A DNA stretch of 64,000 nt from NCBI GenBank assembly GCA_044892525.1, contig CM097885.1, positions 37,016,001-37,080,000 of the forward strand. The letters are read 5' to 3'. The translations under genes were made by a program, and so were the position numbers. Source of the stretch: Schmidtea polychroa (lineage: Eukaryota). The notes under the pieces are model-generated. The model was given only the letters and a program-made list of their open reading frames with translations, did not search any database and had not been told where the DNA came from. Positions within the stretch are counted from its first letter, which is position 1. Each line of letters opens with the position of its first letter. This document shows positions 41,953-53,733 of the stretch, one piece after another.

Positions 41953-43080
41953 CGAGCCTAAATATTTTTCTGAAACTATGAGCAGAAATAATTTCACGAA
42001 ATTCTTAGATTTATTCGTTTTAAAAAAAAGTCAGCGGAGCCAACGTTTGAAAACAGAAAAATTCTCTATGATATCTACGATTTGGAATATTTTCATTGAA
42101 AACAGCCAAAACTGTTATAAACCGGGTGGTAATATTACTATAATTGAACAGCTATTTCCGACTAAAGTTAGATGTAGATTTACACAATACATGCCTAACA
42201 AACCGGATAAATTTGGAATCAAATTTTGGTTGGCATCGGACGTCGATAGCAAATACGTCATAAATGCATTTGCATATCTAGGTAAAGATGAAAATAGGCC
42301 CTCTTCAGTACAACTCTCTGAATATGTTGTACTCAAACTCAGAGTCATTTACGGGTTGCGGAAGAACTGTGAACACAAACAACTTCTTCACAAGCAAATC
42401 CCTATCAACACAACTCCTAGCAAAAAACACTACGTTAGTTGGAACTATTCGGTCAAATAAAAGGGAATTAAAACTAATTGCGAAGCAAAAGAAAGATGAT
42501 ATGGAACGATTTTCATCGAAAATTTTTACAACAGATGATTGTACTCTTACAATCTATAAAAGTAAGCCAAATAAAAAGGTACTTTTGCTTAGTTCTAAAC
42601 ATAAATTTGTAACAGTAGAAAACAATGATAAGCGTTTGCCTGAAACTGTTTCATATTACAATAAAACCAAATTTGGTGTAGACATGACCGATCAAATGGC
42701 GAGAAAATTTACTACAAAATCTAAGTCTTGCAGATGGTCTCTCAAGTTTTTTTCAATATCCTTGATTTAGCTGGCATAAATGCCTGGATTTTGTACAAGC
42801 AAACAACAGGAGAAAATATCTCGAGACAAGATTTTTTACTCAAGCTAGCAGTAGAACTTCGCGCCGATTTTCTAAGAAGCCCGTGAGCAACCAAAAAAAA
42901 AGAACAACTACGAAAGATTCGTTGCCTAAGTCTACTACAGATGCTTCTCAACGTACGAGGTGTCAAATAGGATACTGTAAAGAAAATAAAATCAACAAAA
43001 TTTGCTCTAAATGTAAAAAATATGTTTGCGGAAAATGTACAGTGGACACACCTATATGTAAAAGATGCGATGAGCAATGA
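41953..43080 (+). pseudogene. piggyBac (PGBD4-like) transposase, 5'-truncated and frameshifted
   Basis: TMSRNNF, EQLFPTKVRCRFTQYMPNKPDKFGIKFW, LVGTIRSNK, YYNKTKFGVDMTDQM and a C-terminal Cys-rich domain. Confidence 0.92.
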
Positions 43081-43109
43081 ATTAAAAATTCTTATTTTTT
43101 ACGTTTGTA

Positions 43110-43911
43110 AGTAGGTAGAAGTGAGCCCACGATGACTCATCGTTAAGGTCAACTTAAGGTCATAGAAAATTTTGAGGTCAACTTAAGGTCAAATTTTAAG
43201 GTCAATGTCATTTTCAGGACAGTTTAAGGTCAATTTAAGCCATTTTAAGGTCAAATTCTGAGGTCAAAGTCGATTTTAGGCCATTTTAAGGTCAAATCTT
43301 GAGGTCAAAGTCGATTTTAGGCTATTTTAAGGTCAACTTCTGAGGCCAAAGTCTAATTTTTCCAAATTTTAAGGTCATAGAAAATTTTAAGGTCAACCCC
43401 CCTACCCCTATTATTAAGGTCATAGAAAATTTTAAGGTCAACCCCCTACCCCTATTTTTAAGGTCATAGAAAATTTTAAGGTCAACCCCCCTACCCCCTA
43501 CCCCTAATTTTAAGGTCAAATCAAGGTCAAAAATTAAAAATTTTCTAAGTCCATTTAACGAATTACTTTATAGAAAATTTTCAAAGTCAAAACACGTTTT
43601 AATACTACGTTTGCAAATGTCTTTGTTACTCGTGCATTTGCATTGCAAATGTCTTTGTTACTCATGCACTTGTATTGCATATGTCTTTGTATTACACACC
43701 TTAAGGATAGAAAAATATTTCTAAGCGAGATCTAAAGTGAATGTGTGTAAAGGGCAATAAATAAGGGTAAAATCAAAATTTTTTAAGAAAATACATGTAA
43801 TTTGATTAAAATTTATGAAAACTATATATATATATATATATATTTGTTTTATTTTGGTCAGATAATCTATGTGTGTCTGTATATGAAAACATTGATAAGG
43901 AGCAATAAATA
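43110..43911 (+). repeat. Left terminal inverted repeat (~802 bp)
   Basis: Reverse complement of 56804-57417 apart from the AGGTCA array, the (TA)n length and a few substitutions. Confidence 0.95.
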
Positions 43912-44259
43912 ATGGACGGTTTTACTCACACACAAGTTTTATATCATTCGAAAGTCTACTATATATAATACATAATTGAATCGAATCAAAATAAGGGTAA
44001 AATAAATGGTAAAATAAAATGGTCATTATCAGACATTTAAAAAATATATATATATATATATATTTTATCTATTTATTTTAAATAAAAATATGTAATTATG
44101 ATCATAGTTAATTTAAGCACATACTTATTTCACTTTTCACAAAATAATTTTAAAATACCACAACGTAATATATTTTCTATCTTAATTTTAATTGGCTGGA
44201 GAATAAAGTATGCTTTTCATTATAAACATTTTCATTATTACAAAATAACTTTAGAAATA

Positions 44260-44311
44260 ATGATCACAGACATCGATTACGAAAATGGTATTTTCATTAT
44301 TTTTTAATTCA

Positions 44312-44372
<61 letters not shown>

Positions 44373-44575
44373 TTTCTAGATAGCGATTGTGTCATAATTG
44401 AAGAACATTTTGTTACTTCGATACCTGCAAACGAATATGGACGAAAAAGTTAAATAATAATAATTCATTGCTTATTCTTAATTGTCTTTTCCAGGAAATT
44501 TTAATGAGGATTCAGTTGATGATTCAGTTGCTTGTGCTGCTGGAACTATTGAATATTTCGCAAAGAAGATAAAAT
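44260..44575 (+). CDS. Three spliced exons (44260-44287, 44380-44448, 44495-44575) of an uncharacterised Maverick gene; 3' continuation unresolved
   Basis: GT-AG introns of 92 and 46 nt, all phase 1, with exons of 69 and 81 nt that keep frame: MITDIDYENDSDCVIIEEHFVTSIPANEYGRKRNFNEDSVDDSVACAAGTIEYFAKKIK. Ends at a GTAAGT donor. Confidence 0.6.
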
Positions 44576-46595
44576 GTAAGTAAATTACAAAAATTTAACT
44601 TAGATTTCTAGTTATATATTTCTTTGTTTAAGAAAATTTAAATTAGTAAAAAATGATATTTAATCAGATGTTAATATTTAGATGAATTCATTTAAATAAA
44701 TTTCTTAAAATTAATGAAAATTAGTAATATATTAATTATTAATTAAAATTAGTACAAAGTTAATATATTTACTGAAATTATTTTTTAGACAATATTTTAA
44801 TTATTGATAAGGAATATTATTTTTTACTATAAGTAACCTAATTATAGAAAAGATATTTATTATACCAGAAATAAACAGAATTCTGTCACTGATGTCAAAT
44901 TAAAAAAATATAAACTTCTGCTTATGATATCTCTGAGAATAATTTTCTAAAACAATTTTCATGAAAAATAGGTGAAGAAATTATATACTTTACCTGTTAA
45001 AGAAAAGTATGACTACAAAAACAATTGATGTTTCAGATTTTCAATATATAATATTAACAATTTTAATTGTATTATAAAAATTTCAGATTTGAAGATAAAA
45101 ATGTTCATTTATGCAACTCAAATTTTTGCCCAAGTCCTTTGAAGCATAAATAATATACGTATCACATAAATACAAATATATTGATATATAAACTGAAAAA
45201 AAAAGTACAAAGTTAATATATTTACTGAAATTATTTTTTTAGACAATATTAATATAGTTATTGTTAGTTTATTTTAACTATATTACGACGATCAACTTTA
45301 ATTTTATTATAAAAAAAAATGATGAAAGTATAAATAAAACTTCATTTTAAAATCGAATTTTTATTTGCAATATTATTTTTACATTAATCAACTAAGATGA
45401 GATTAATTAAAAATTGGATTGCATCACGAAACTTCTAGTATTTCATGTAAGTGAAATTAAAAGTATATGGATTGTTAAATAATTGTCATATTTCTATAGT
45501 TCTTTGTTTAAGAAAATTTAAAATAGTAAAAAAAAAATGATATTTAATCAGATGTTTATTGGTAAATATTTAGATATTTAGATTTAGATTTAGATTTAAA
45601 TAAATTTCTTAAAATTATTGAGAATTATTGAGACTTCCACTCCAAGGGCCATATATAATAAATTAGTACAAAGTTCAAATTTTAAATGAAATTTATTAGA
45701 CAATATATATATTTTTTAACTATATTAAGACGTTCAACATGAATTTTATTATAAAAAATAATGAAAGTATAAATGAAACTTCATTTCAAAAATATGAATT
45801 GTGATAAAAAAAAAATTGAACAATTTTGAAATAACTAAGGGCATTCAATAATATTGTAACTCATTAAATAAAGTTTACATAGTGAGCTAAATGCTGCCCT
45901 TGTCCATTTTTATGGTGTATAGAGGTGAAAAATAAATTTAGATGCACAATGAAATTTAAAAGTGTAAATCTATAAAAAGTTAAAATTTATAAAAAAAAAA
46001 TTGAAAATTCGAAAAAATTAAAAATTGATGCATGTATGTACGTATGGCAAATAAAAAGACTAGCACAAATACAATAAAATCAAATCATCTAGGACATCCA
46101 CTTAATGATTTATTTTATGAATGATTATAATTGATTTTATCTTATTTTGAATTTGAATAAATAATTGAATATACCCTGGACAAATTAACTTAATTATAAA
46201 TTTTAATATATTAATAATTTTGGAATAATAATAATTAAGATAAATGATAATCAATAGAGATAAATGAATTACCGATAATATAAATGAAATTCAATATTAT
46301 AAATAAACCATATAATTAAACCATTTAATGGTTAAAAATAAATAAAACGTAAAACATAAAATAATAAAATAAATATATTATAAAATTAAATAATTCCTTT
46401 TTATATTGCATTTCGCTATATAAACCAAGATCAAAATCAACCTTTCCGCCCATAAAAATATAAACTTTTGAGAGATGTTTATTGTTAAATATGTTTAAAA
46501 AGAAACATAATAAAGCAATTGTAATTATTTAAGGCAATTTATACAAACAATGTTGCACCGCAAAAGAACATGATGGGAAACAATGCCATGAAGCA

Positions 46596-49500
46596 ATGGA
46601 AAAATACTATTTAAGAAATTATTATAATAAAAAATATTATTTATGCCCATTTTGCGAAGCTCTTTTCACTAAGCCATATGAAATATTTTATAATGATCAC
46701 AAAGATCATCTTACATATTTTAAATCTGATAAGAAAGAATTTTTTAAAAAATTATTTAATAACGGTATAATAGACGTACCTACTAAAAAACAAAAACTTA
46801 ATGATAACATCATCATTATAGATGAATCTGATGATGATGATGTTATCGTTATAGGTGAATCAAGGAATTTTTTAAATTATCAAATTGGTTGTGGATCAAC
46901 TAATTTGATAGAAGATATTGAAGAATCAGTGGAAGAATCAGTGGAAGAACCAGTGGAAGAACAAGTGGAAGAACCAGTGGAAGAACAAGTGGAAGAACCG
47001 ATGGAAGAACCTGTGGAAACGGAACAAATAGTAGAAGAGGACAATATATGGGATGATTTCCAGATTGTTAATGAATGGGAACCTACTGAAGAAGTCGAGA
47101 TTGAATCTGACTTGAAAAATTGTCATAAAACAATTAAAATGTCGTTCAAAAACATGAATGAGATAAATCTACCCGAAAATTTCTCTGAGAAACTATTATC
47201 TACAATCAAGGAGATGAAAACTGTGAAAGTTCAATTCGGGATAGAATGTGATTTCGAAAAGGATGGAGAATTCCAATCATCAAGATTTTCTAACAAAGCG
47301 GTGATGGTAACTGAGAACAATTTTGAAAAGTTTATTGCAGATGGTATTGAAAAGCTGCACGAGAAAATTCATATCAGATCGGAACTTGGAAGCGGATGGC
47401 GTCTGATTAGAATAATTGAAATAAATTTCAAAATAACTAAGATTTCCGAAATATCCAGATTATCCGGAAGAAATTATATTCCAACTCCGAAAGCCTTAAT
47501 AAATAAAAATGCATTAATAAATGTGATCAACGGAGATGATATGTGTTTCATATACAGTGTGCTAGCCAATTTGAAAAAAGATATCATTATTACTGATAAT
47601 ACAAATGTTGAAAATTATACACAGTTCTTATCCGAATTGGTATATAATGAATTAGATATGCCAATGAAATTGAAGGACATTTCAAAATTCGAAAAGCATA
47701 ACGAAGGAATTGCTATCAATGTCCTCAGTTACAATCCTAAAAATATGATTGATATCGATAATGTGGATATTATAATGAAACATCCACATATTGATATAAT
47801 ACATCGGACTAAAGTAACTGGGGTTACACCGATGTATTTACTATTGTTAGAATCGAATGGCCAATACCACTATACTGCAGTTCCAGATTTACAGCGATTA
47901 ATGAATTGTAGAAAAACTCATAGTTGCCCAGTCCGTATTCAATGCAGATGGTGCGAGACATGTTTAAATGGTTTTAGAAGAGAAGATGCTTTTGACAGGC
48001 ATGTAGCTTTATGCAAGAAAAACCAATTGGGCACAACATTATACACGTTGCCAGAAAACTCAGATTTAAAATTTAATGACTGGTCAAAAATGGTAACTCC
48101 GCCTTTTGTTATATATGCTGACTTCGAAGCTGTTTTACCTCTTGATGAAAGACAACACCAAAAACATTTACCTATAGCAGCGGGGCTGTTACTGGTAAAT
48201 AATTTTACTGGGTCAACGAAATATAGTCATTTTATTGGACCAGATTGTGTATACAGATTTCTGATGGATGTAGAAAATATTGTCAACAATATAGTGAAGG
48301 TTTATTATAAGACAAGTGGGCATTGTCAAATGAAATTTTTGACAAATCAGGAAAAGCTGCAATTCCACACAGCTGTCAATTGTTACTTGTGCAAAAAGCC
48401 AATGCCAGAGAAAGTGAAAGACCATGATCATTTCACTGGCAAATATCTCGGAGCCTCATGCAATGTATGCAATCAACAAAGGAAAATCAGAGAAACATTA
48501 CCCATCGTATTTCATAATCTGAAAGGGTATGATCTACATCACATTTTGAAATATGGGCTCAATCAATTTCCTCATTGGAGTCTCAGCTGCATACCAACAA
48601 GCACAGAGAAATTTTTAACATTGATAGCATGGCTGGGTAAATTTACAATAAGATTTATTGACTCATATCAGTTTGTCAATACTTCATTACATAATGCAGT
48701 AAAAACATTGAACGAATTGCCTTTGACCCGTTCAGTATTCAATACTGGAACCATCATAAACAACAAAGGAATTTTTCCTTATGATTTTGCCACAAGTGAG
48801 GAAATATTAGAAACATATGAATTGCCCGCTATTTGGGAAGGTGTTACAAATGAAGAGTATATAATAGCGCAACAAATATGGCAAGAAACAAGTTGCGAAA
48901 CTCTAATGGATTATTTACAAATTTATTTAAAACTTGATGTGTTTTTACTTGCCGATTTCTTCCAACAATTTCGAGCAAGATCAAAAGCACATAATGGACT
49001 CGAGCCACTCAATTTTTTTGGAATCCCTGGAATGTCTTGGGCATCTGCGCTCATGACCTTAGAAGAACCAGTGGAATTACTGATGGACATGGAGATGTAT
49101 AATTTCTTCGAGGGTGGGATCCGTGGTGGTCTCACATTTGTAAATAAACACTTCGCAGTAACAGATGATGAAACAGAGTTGCTTTATATCGATATAAACA
49201 ACCTGTATGGGTGGGCGTTAAGCCAATACTTGCCATGTAGCGATTTTGAGTGGATATATAATGAAGTGGAATTATTATCCATTTTAGTTGACTGTATTAG
49301 TTCCAAACTAGAAAATTTAACTTATGGATACACATTGGAAGTTGATTTAGTCATCCCGTCAAATATCCACGACCTATTAGACGATTTCCCAGTCGCAGCA
49401 GAGAAAATGTGTCCACCAGATTCAAATGTACCAAAATTATTATTAACCCATCATGCGAAAACTAATTATGTTATTCATTGGAGACTTTTGAAATTATATA

Positions 49501-50468
49501 TGGCCCTTGGAGTGGAAGTCACCAATATACATCGGGCAATAAAATTTACACAAAAGCCGATATTGAAGGATTATATCAACACAAATACCCAACTTCGAGC
49601 TGAATCACAAAATAGTTTAGATAGAGATTTTTATAAACTTTTAAATAATAGTGTTTACGGCAAGACAGTGGAGAATCTGAAGAAAAGAATAAATCTAAGA
49701 TTGTGCAACAATGCCGAAAAATTGGTTAAATACACTTCAAAGCCAACATTTAGACGTTCAATTAAAATTGCTGATGATTTGATTGCCCTTTTGCTGAATA
49801 AAGATGTAGTTTGTTTAGATAGGCCTAGCTACATTGGTCAAACAGTGCTAGACTTATCTAAACTTAGAATGTATGAACTACAATATATTGAACTGTCAAA
49901 ATATCGAGCACAGTTCAATTGCCAAATAAATATCATAGCCGGGGATACAGACTCATTCTTCCTCGAATGTAAATATGTCAAATTGCGATCACAATTACTT
50001 CCTGCAATGATTGCTGACGGATTGTTAGACACCAGCAACTACGATCCTACAGATCCATTATATTCACGAAATTTGGATTCTGTAATTGGGAAATTCAAGG
50101 ACGAAAACAAAGGCAAATCATATCAAGAATGGGTATTCCTCAGACCCAAATGCTATAGTTTGCTAACTAGTGATAATGATACTATAAATAAAGCCAAAGG
50201 TGTATCATTAAAGGGAACAGAAATCACACATCAATCATATGTGGATTGTTATCTTGGAATGCATATACCGAAGGTGAATCAATCCCGGTTTGGTACACGA
50301 AACCATCAATTATTTACATTTAGAACTAAGAAGGTAGCCCTTACAAATAACGATGATAAAAGGGTTTGGGTTGAAGAGAACAAGAGCTTCGCATATGGGC
50401 ATTATAATATTTTAGATAATGAATTAAATAATATTTTGCCTCTTGATGAATCATCTGCAGACGAATGA
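46596..50468 (+). CDS. Protein-primed family B DNA polymerase (pPolB), intact, 1290 aa
   Basis: Exonuclease motifs YADFE, HNLKGYD, YLKLD; polymerase motifs YIDINNLY, KLLNNSVYGK, GDTDS, PKCY; C-terminal DDKR. Confidence 0.97.
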   Translation: MEKYYLRNYYNKKYYLCPFCEALFTKPYEIFYNDHKDHLTYFKSDKKEFFKKLFNNGIIDVPTKKQKLNDNIIIIDESDDDDVIVIGESRNFLNYQIGCGSTNLIEDIEESVEESVEEPVEEQVEEPVEEQVEEPMEEPVETEQIVEEDNIWDDFQIVNEWEPTEEVEIESDLKNCHKTIKMSFKNMNEINLPENFSEKLLSTIKEMKTVKVQFGIECDFEKDGEFQSSRFSNKAVMVTENNFEKFIADGIEKLHEKIHIRSELGSGWRLIRIIEINFKITKISEISRLSGRNYIPTPKALINKNALINVINGDDMCFIYSVLANLKKDIIITDNTNVENYTQFLSELVYNELDMPMKLKDISKFEKHNEGIAINVLSYNPKNMIDIDNVDIIMKHPHIDIIHRTKVTGVTPMYLLLLESNGQYHYTAVPDLQRLMNCRKTHSCPVRIQCRWCETCLNGFRREDAFDRHVALCKKNQLGTTLYTLPENSDLKFNDWSKMVTPPFVIYADFEAVLPLDERQHQKHLPIAAGLLLVNNFTGSTKYSHFIGPDCVYRFLMDVENIVNNIVKVYYKTSGHCQMKFLTNQEKLQFHTAVNCYLCKKPMPEKVKDHDHFTGKYLGASCNVCNQQRKIRETLPIVFHNLKGYDLHHILKYGLNQFPHWSLSCIPTSTEKFLTLIAWLGKFTIRFIDSYQFVNTSLHNAVKTLNELPLTRSVFNTGTIINNKGIFPYDFATSEEILETYELPAIWEGVTNEEYIIAQQIWQETSCETLMDYLQIYLKLDVFLLADFFQQFRARSKAHNGLEPLNFFGIPGMSWASALMTLEEPVELLMDMEMYNFFEGGIRGGLTFVNKHFAVTDDETELLYIDINNLYGWALSQYLPCSDFEWIYNEVELLSILVDCISSKLENLTYGYTLEVDLVIPSNIHDLLDDFPVAAEKMCPPDSNVPKLLLTHHAKTNYVIHWRLLKLYMALGVEVTNIHRAIKFTQKPILKDYINTNTQLRAESQNSLDRDFYKLLNNSVYGKTVENLKKRINLRLCNNAEKLVKYTSKPTFRRSIKIADDLIALLLNKDVVCLDRPSYIGQTVLDLSKLRMYELQYIELSKYRAQFNCQINIIAGDTDSFFLECKYVKLRSQLLPAMIADGLLDTSNYDPTDPLYSRNLDSVIGKFKDENKGKSYQEWVFLRPKCYSLLTSDNDTINKAKGVSLKGTEITHQSYVDCYLGMHIPKVNQSRFGTRNHQLFTFRTKKVALTNNDDKRVWVEENKSFAYGHYNILDNELNNILPLDESSADE

Positions 50469-50799
50469 TAATGATTAATGGTAATGATTTATCCGTTTTA
50501 TTTTTAAAAATATTTTTATTTTTATTTTAGTTTCTGTACAGTTTCAACAGTTTTGACACAGTTTCTGAACAGTTTTGAAAACAGATGAGAACGAACCACC
50601 AATATAATGATTCATTTGTAACTTTTGTAATGGCACTTGTTGTAACCAATATAATTGTCCTTTTAATGCATATTGGTTCTCATAATTATGTTTATTTTTA
50701 TTGCATTGGTTCTCTTTTGAGTCCTAAATATTTTATTGTGAATGTGTATACGTCCTCTTTAGGACTGCAAATATTGATTGCATTTATTGTTGAGAAACG

Positions 50800-50980
<181 letters not shown>

Positions 50981-51094
50981 ATAAATTCAAGGCTCAAAAT
51001 ATATATATATATATATATTTTACATTTATTATACATAATTCAGTAACGACTTTGTTTAAATAAAGTAACACAACATTTTTTACAATACATTTAT

Positions 51095-51473
51095 TTAACA
51101 AAGATGTTTATACATTAGCCAAGCTAGACAATGTTGTCCACAAGTATTTGTTAATGGATGTTGAAACCGAATTTTATTGTAATCAACTTGACCAATAGTT
51201 GATAGCTTTTTGATCAATAGGGCTGGATAGTAAAATCCCATTGGATCGAAAACATATATTTTATTCGGGTTCACATAGACTGCAATCCAATGTTCTCCAC
51301 CCAGAGTAGACGAATCTGTGTTGACAATTATGGCTTGATTCACATCTAAATAGGGGATTTTGTCTAGTGGGTACACTCCAACAAACTCTTTACCTAATAT
51401 TTGAGTACCAATTCGATTTATCTGAATAGAACTAACATAATAATTTTATTAGTTTAAAGAAAACTTACTCCAT
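51095..51473 (-). CDS. Adenain-like cysteine protease, 113 aa, with a predicted 37-nt intron (51468-51432)
   Basis: IVNTD...GEHW, VFDPMG and FQ...TCGQHC (catalytic H/D/Q/C). ATGGA|GTAAGT...CTAAT...TTAG|TTCT restores the start MDSIQINRIG...FVGVYP. Confidence 0.9.
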
Positions 51474-51502
51474 GACAAATGTATCTAGATTTATTCACAC
51501 AT

Positions 51503-52447
51503 TTATACTAGCACAGTTCTATTTGCAGTAATTTGAACTTCATTTTCAAATACTCCATATATAATAACATGTACCGGTTCAGTAATGGCTCTTGCAAACT
51601 TTATATCCAGTCGTAAATTCCCGTTTTGTGGTAATTGACTCTGATTTAAATCAAAATCGGGGGCTAAAACAAATGTAAAAAATGGGTATTTGGTTTTAAA
51701 TTCTTCAAGAGTTATTCCACAATTTAAGTTTTTATCTAAATAACCCAAATTTCTAACAATACTCTGCATATATGTAGCACAGTAATTATCACTTTCGAAA
51801 TCTTGAGTATATGTTTCTCTATAATCGGTATTTTTAGACAAAGTCAATGATGTAACACCAAAGATTTTGAAAATTGAGCTGGATGTAGTATATGATCCGT
51901 TATATTGAGTTTCACTTTGAAATGTTATCAGGATAAAATTAGGCATTCTTCTGTCACCAAATATTTGTTCTTTATAGAATGATGAAGCACCTTTAGCAAT
52001 AGCGAATTGTACAATTTCCTTTGTCTTTAATGGATAAATTGCATGTTTTGAATTAAGACCCAATTGATGACCTGCTAATACTGAGGGGTCTACTCGAACT
52101 CTTCTCACCAATAATTTTGCATCAACTAATTGACATATTGGTGCACCTGCACTAGTAAGAGATAATGCAGAATCTGATCTTTTCAGTCTAATATGTACAT
52201 TAACTCCAGGAAGTAAATATTTCGGTTGATCCATAAAGTCGAGTTGTAATGATGAGCACATAGTGAATATTTTTGAGCCTTTAACCCACTTTTTTCTTTC
52301 ATCATCTGTTGCTGCATAACCCATAGGTGTAAGACAGGTATTTTTAGTATCAGAATTGTAATTTAAAATAGTTTCTATCAAAGCCTTGTGAATGAATGTA
52401 TTATTTCCACCCTCAATCTTGATATTATTAAATCCCAACACTGCATC
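51503..52447 (-). pseudogene. Maverick major capsid protein (double jelly-roll), N-terminus deleted
   Basis: KALIETILNY, QPKYLLPGV, AIYP, FFTFVLAPD and GNLRLDIKF...VIIYGVFENEVQIT..R.V match Polinton MCP motifs. No ATG; the frame begins at an AT-rich junction. Confidence 0.85.
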
Positions 52448-52894
52448 TTATATAATATATATAATATATATATATAATTTATATATAATTTTTCTCATTT
52501 GTTTACGATTTTTATTATTTACTAATGATAACAAAGGTTTCCTATGTTTACTCAATATATGCTTTTTGGATTTGCTGATTTTAATCTTGCCTTTGACTAC
52601 TTTAAGTATAATATCGAGTAAATCATCGACAACAAAATTTGGAAATGATTGCAAAATATTCATTCTTTTTATACTCGGTGCCTTTAACAATGTATTAAAA
52701 AACGGGAAACTCCGATGATTTTTAACAACTTTTAATTTCTTACTGGTTTTACGGTTAGGTTTAGGTTTAGGATTTTTCGAAATAAGATTTTTTGCAGGAA
52801 AATTTTCAGTAACAAGTTCTTTAGATGGAGTATAACTAGTGGTTGGTGGAATTTTTGGTTCTTTCTTCCTTGTTATCCTTGTTTTTGAAAACAT
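52448..52894 (-). CDS. Lys/Arg-rich basic protein (putative DNA-binding core protein), C-terminus probably truncated
   Basis: Strongly basic ORF directly after the ATPase; ends in TA-filler-derived LYIYIIYII. Confidence 0.6.
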   Translation of the reverse strand: MFSKTRITRKKEPKIPPTTSYTPSKELVTENFPAKNLISKNPKPKPNRKTSKKLKVVKNHRSFPFFNTLLKAPSIKRMNILQSFPNFVVDDLLDIILKVVKGKIKISKSKKHILSKHRKPLLSLVNNKNRKQMRKIIYKLYIYIIYII

Positions 52895-52906
52895 GTTTTA
52901 TATGTT

Positions 52907-53542
52907 TCAACTTTGTTTTGAATTTTGTTTATAAACCATGGCACCTTTTGGGTTGAAAATATCAGTTTTTACCCGTAAATCATCAGGACATTGTTGTGTG
53001 AAATCAAGAAATATATATCCATGCGGTATTTTAGTAGCATCTTGAAATGCACTGATAAGAAAATTACGGTTATTAGGGTATGCTTGTCGTCCAAGAAAAT
53101 CAATGACAGTTGCATCTCTAGGATTCTTGAAAATAACTAAATATTGTACATTTAAATTACGTGTACGATGTGCACCACCTTGAAATAGATTTTGTGTTAT
53201 GAAAATAACTGTTACACCGACATGTCTGCTGATTTTTGTGAATAAATTATTAAAATCTTTTTCTTTATTGGCTTCTTGGTATAAATCATCGATAATGATG
53301 ACATCACCTTTCTTCAACCGACTGGACCAGTTTTTATCAAATCCCTTTACTATTTTCATGTTTTTCAACTGACAGAAACTTGATTGCGTCAATCCATGTT
53401 CTTCGTCGGCGCCCTTATGCCAATAAATATTGTTGAATTTTGTTTTGAATAAATTTGATTTTAGTATTTTACAAACAAATAATGTTTTTCCGCTACCGCT
53501 TGGACCAACGATTTGGTATACTGCATCATTTCGTAATTTCAT
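52907..53542 (-). CDS. A32/FtsK-like genome packaging ATPase
   Basis: Walker A GPSGSGKT, Walker B VIIIDDL, SRH...ITQNLF, FKNPRD, PHGYIFLD. Confidence 0.95.
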   Translation of the reverse strand: MKLRNDAVYQIVGPSGSGKTLFVCKILKSNLFKTKFNNIYWHKGADEEHGLTQSSFCQLKNMKIVKGFDKNWSSRLKKGDVIIIDDLYQEANKEKDFNNLFTKISRHVGVTVIFITQNLFQGGAHRTRNLNVQYLVIFKNPRDATVIDFLGRQAYPNNRNFLISAFQDATKIPHGYIFLDFTQQCPDDLRVKTDIFNPKGAMVYKQNSKQS

Positions 53543-53605
53543 TTTTTAAATTTAAACTACATAATTATTGTTTATATTGATAATTTAAATGAACTCCGTT
53601 TTAAA

Positions 53606-53712
<107 letters not shown>

Positions 53713-53733
53713 TTTTATAATTATTTCATTAAA

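Noticed and set aside
43143..43530. Regularly spaced repeats resembling a CRISPR array, and ORF 43322-43519
   Set aside because: The spacers are themselves repetitive, there are no cas genes, and the context is eukaryotic. It is the TIR subterminal array.
46938..50038. Antisense ORFs within pPolB and other TE genes
   Set aside because: Shadow frames of real coding sequence with no motifs.
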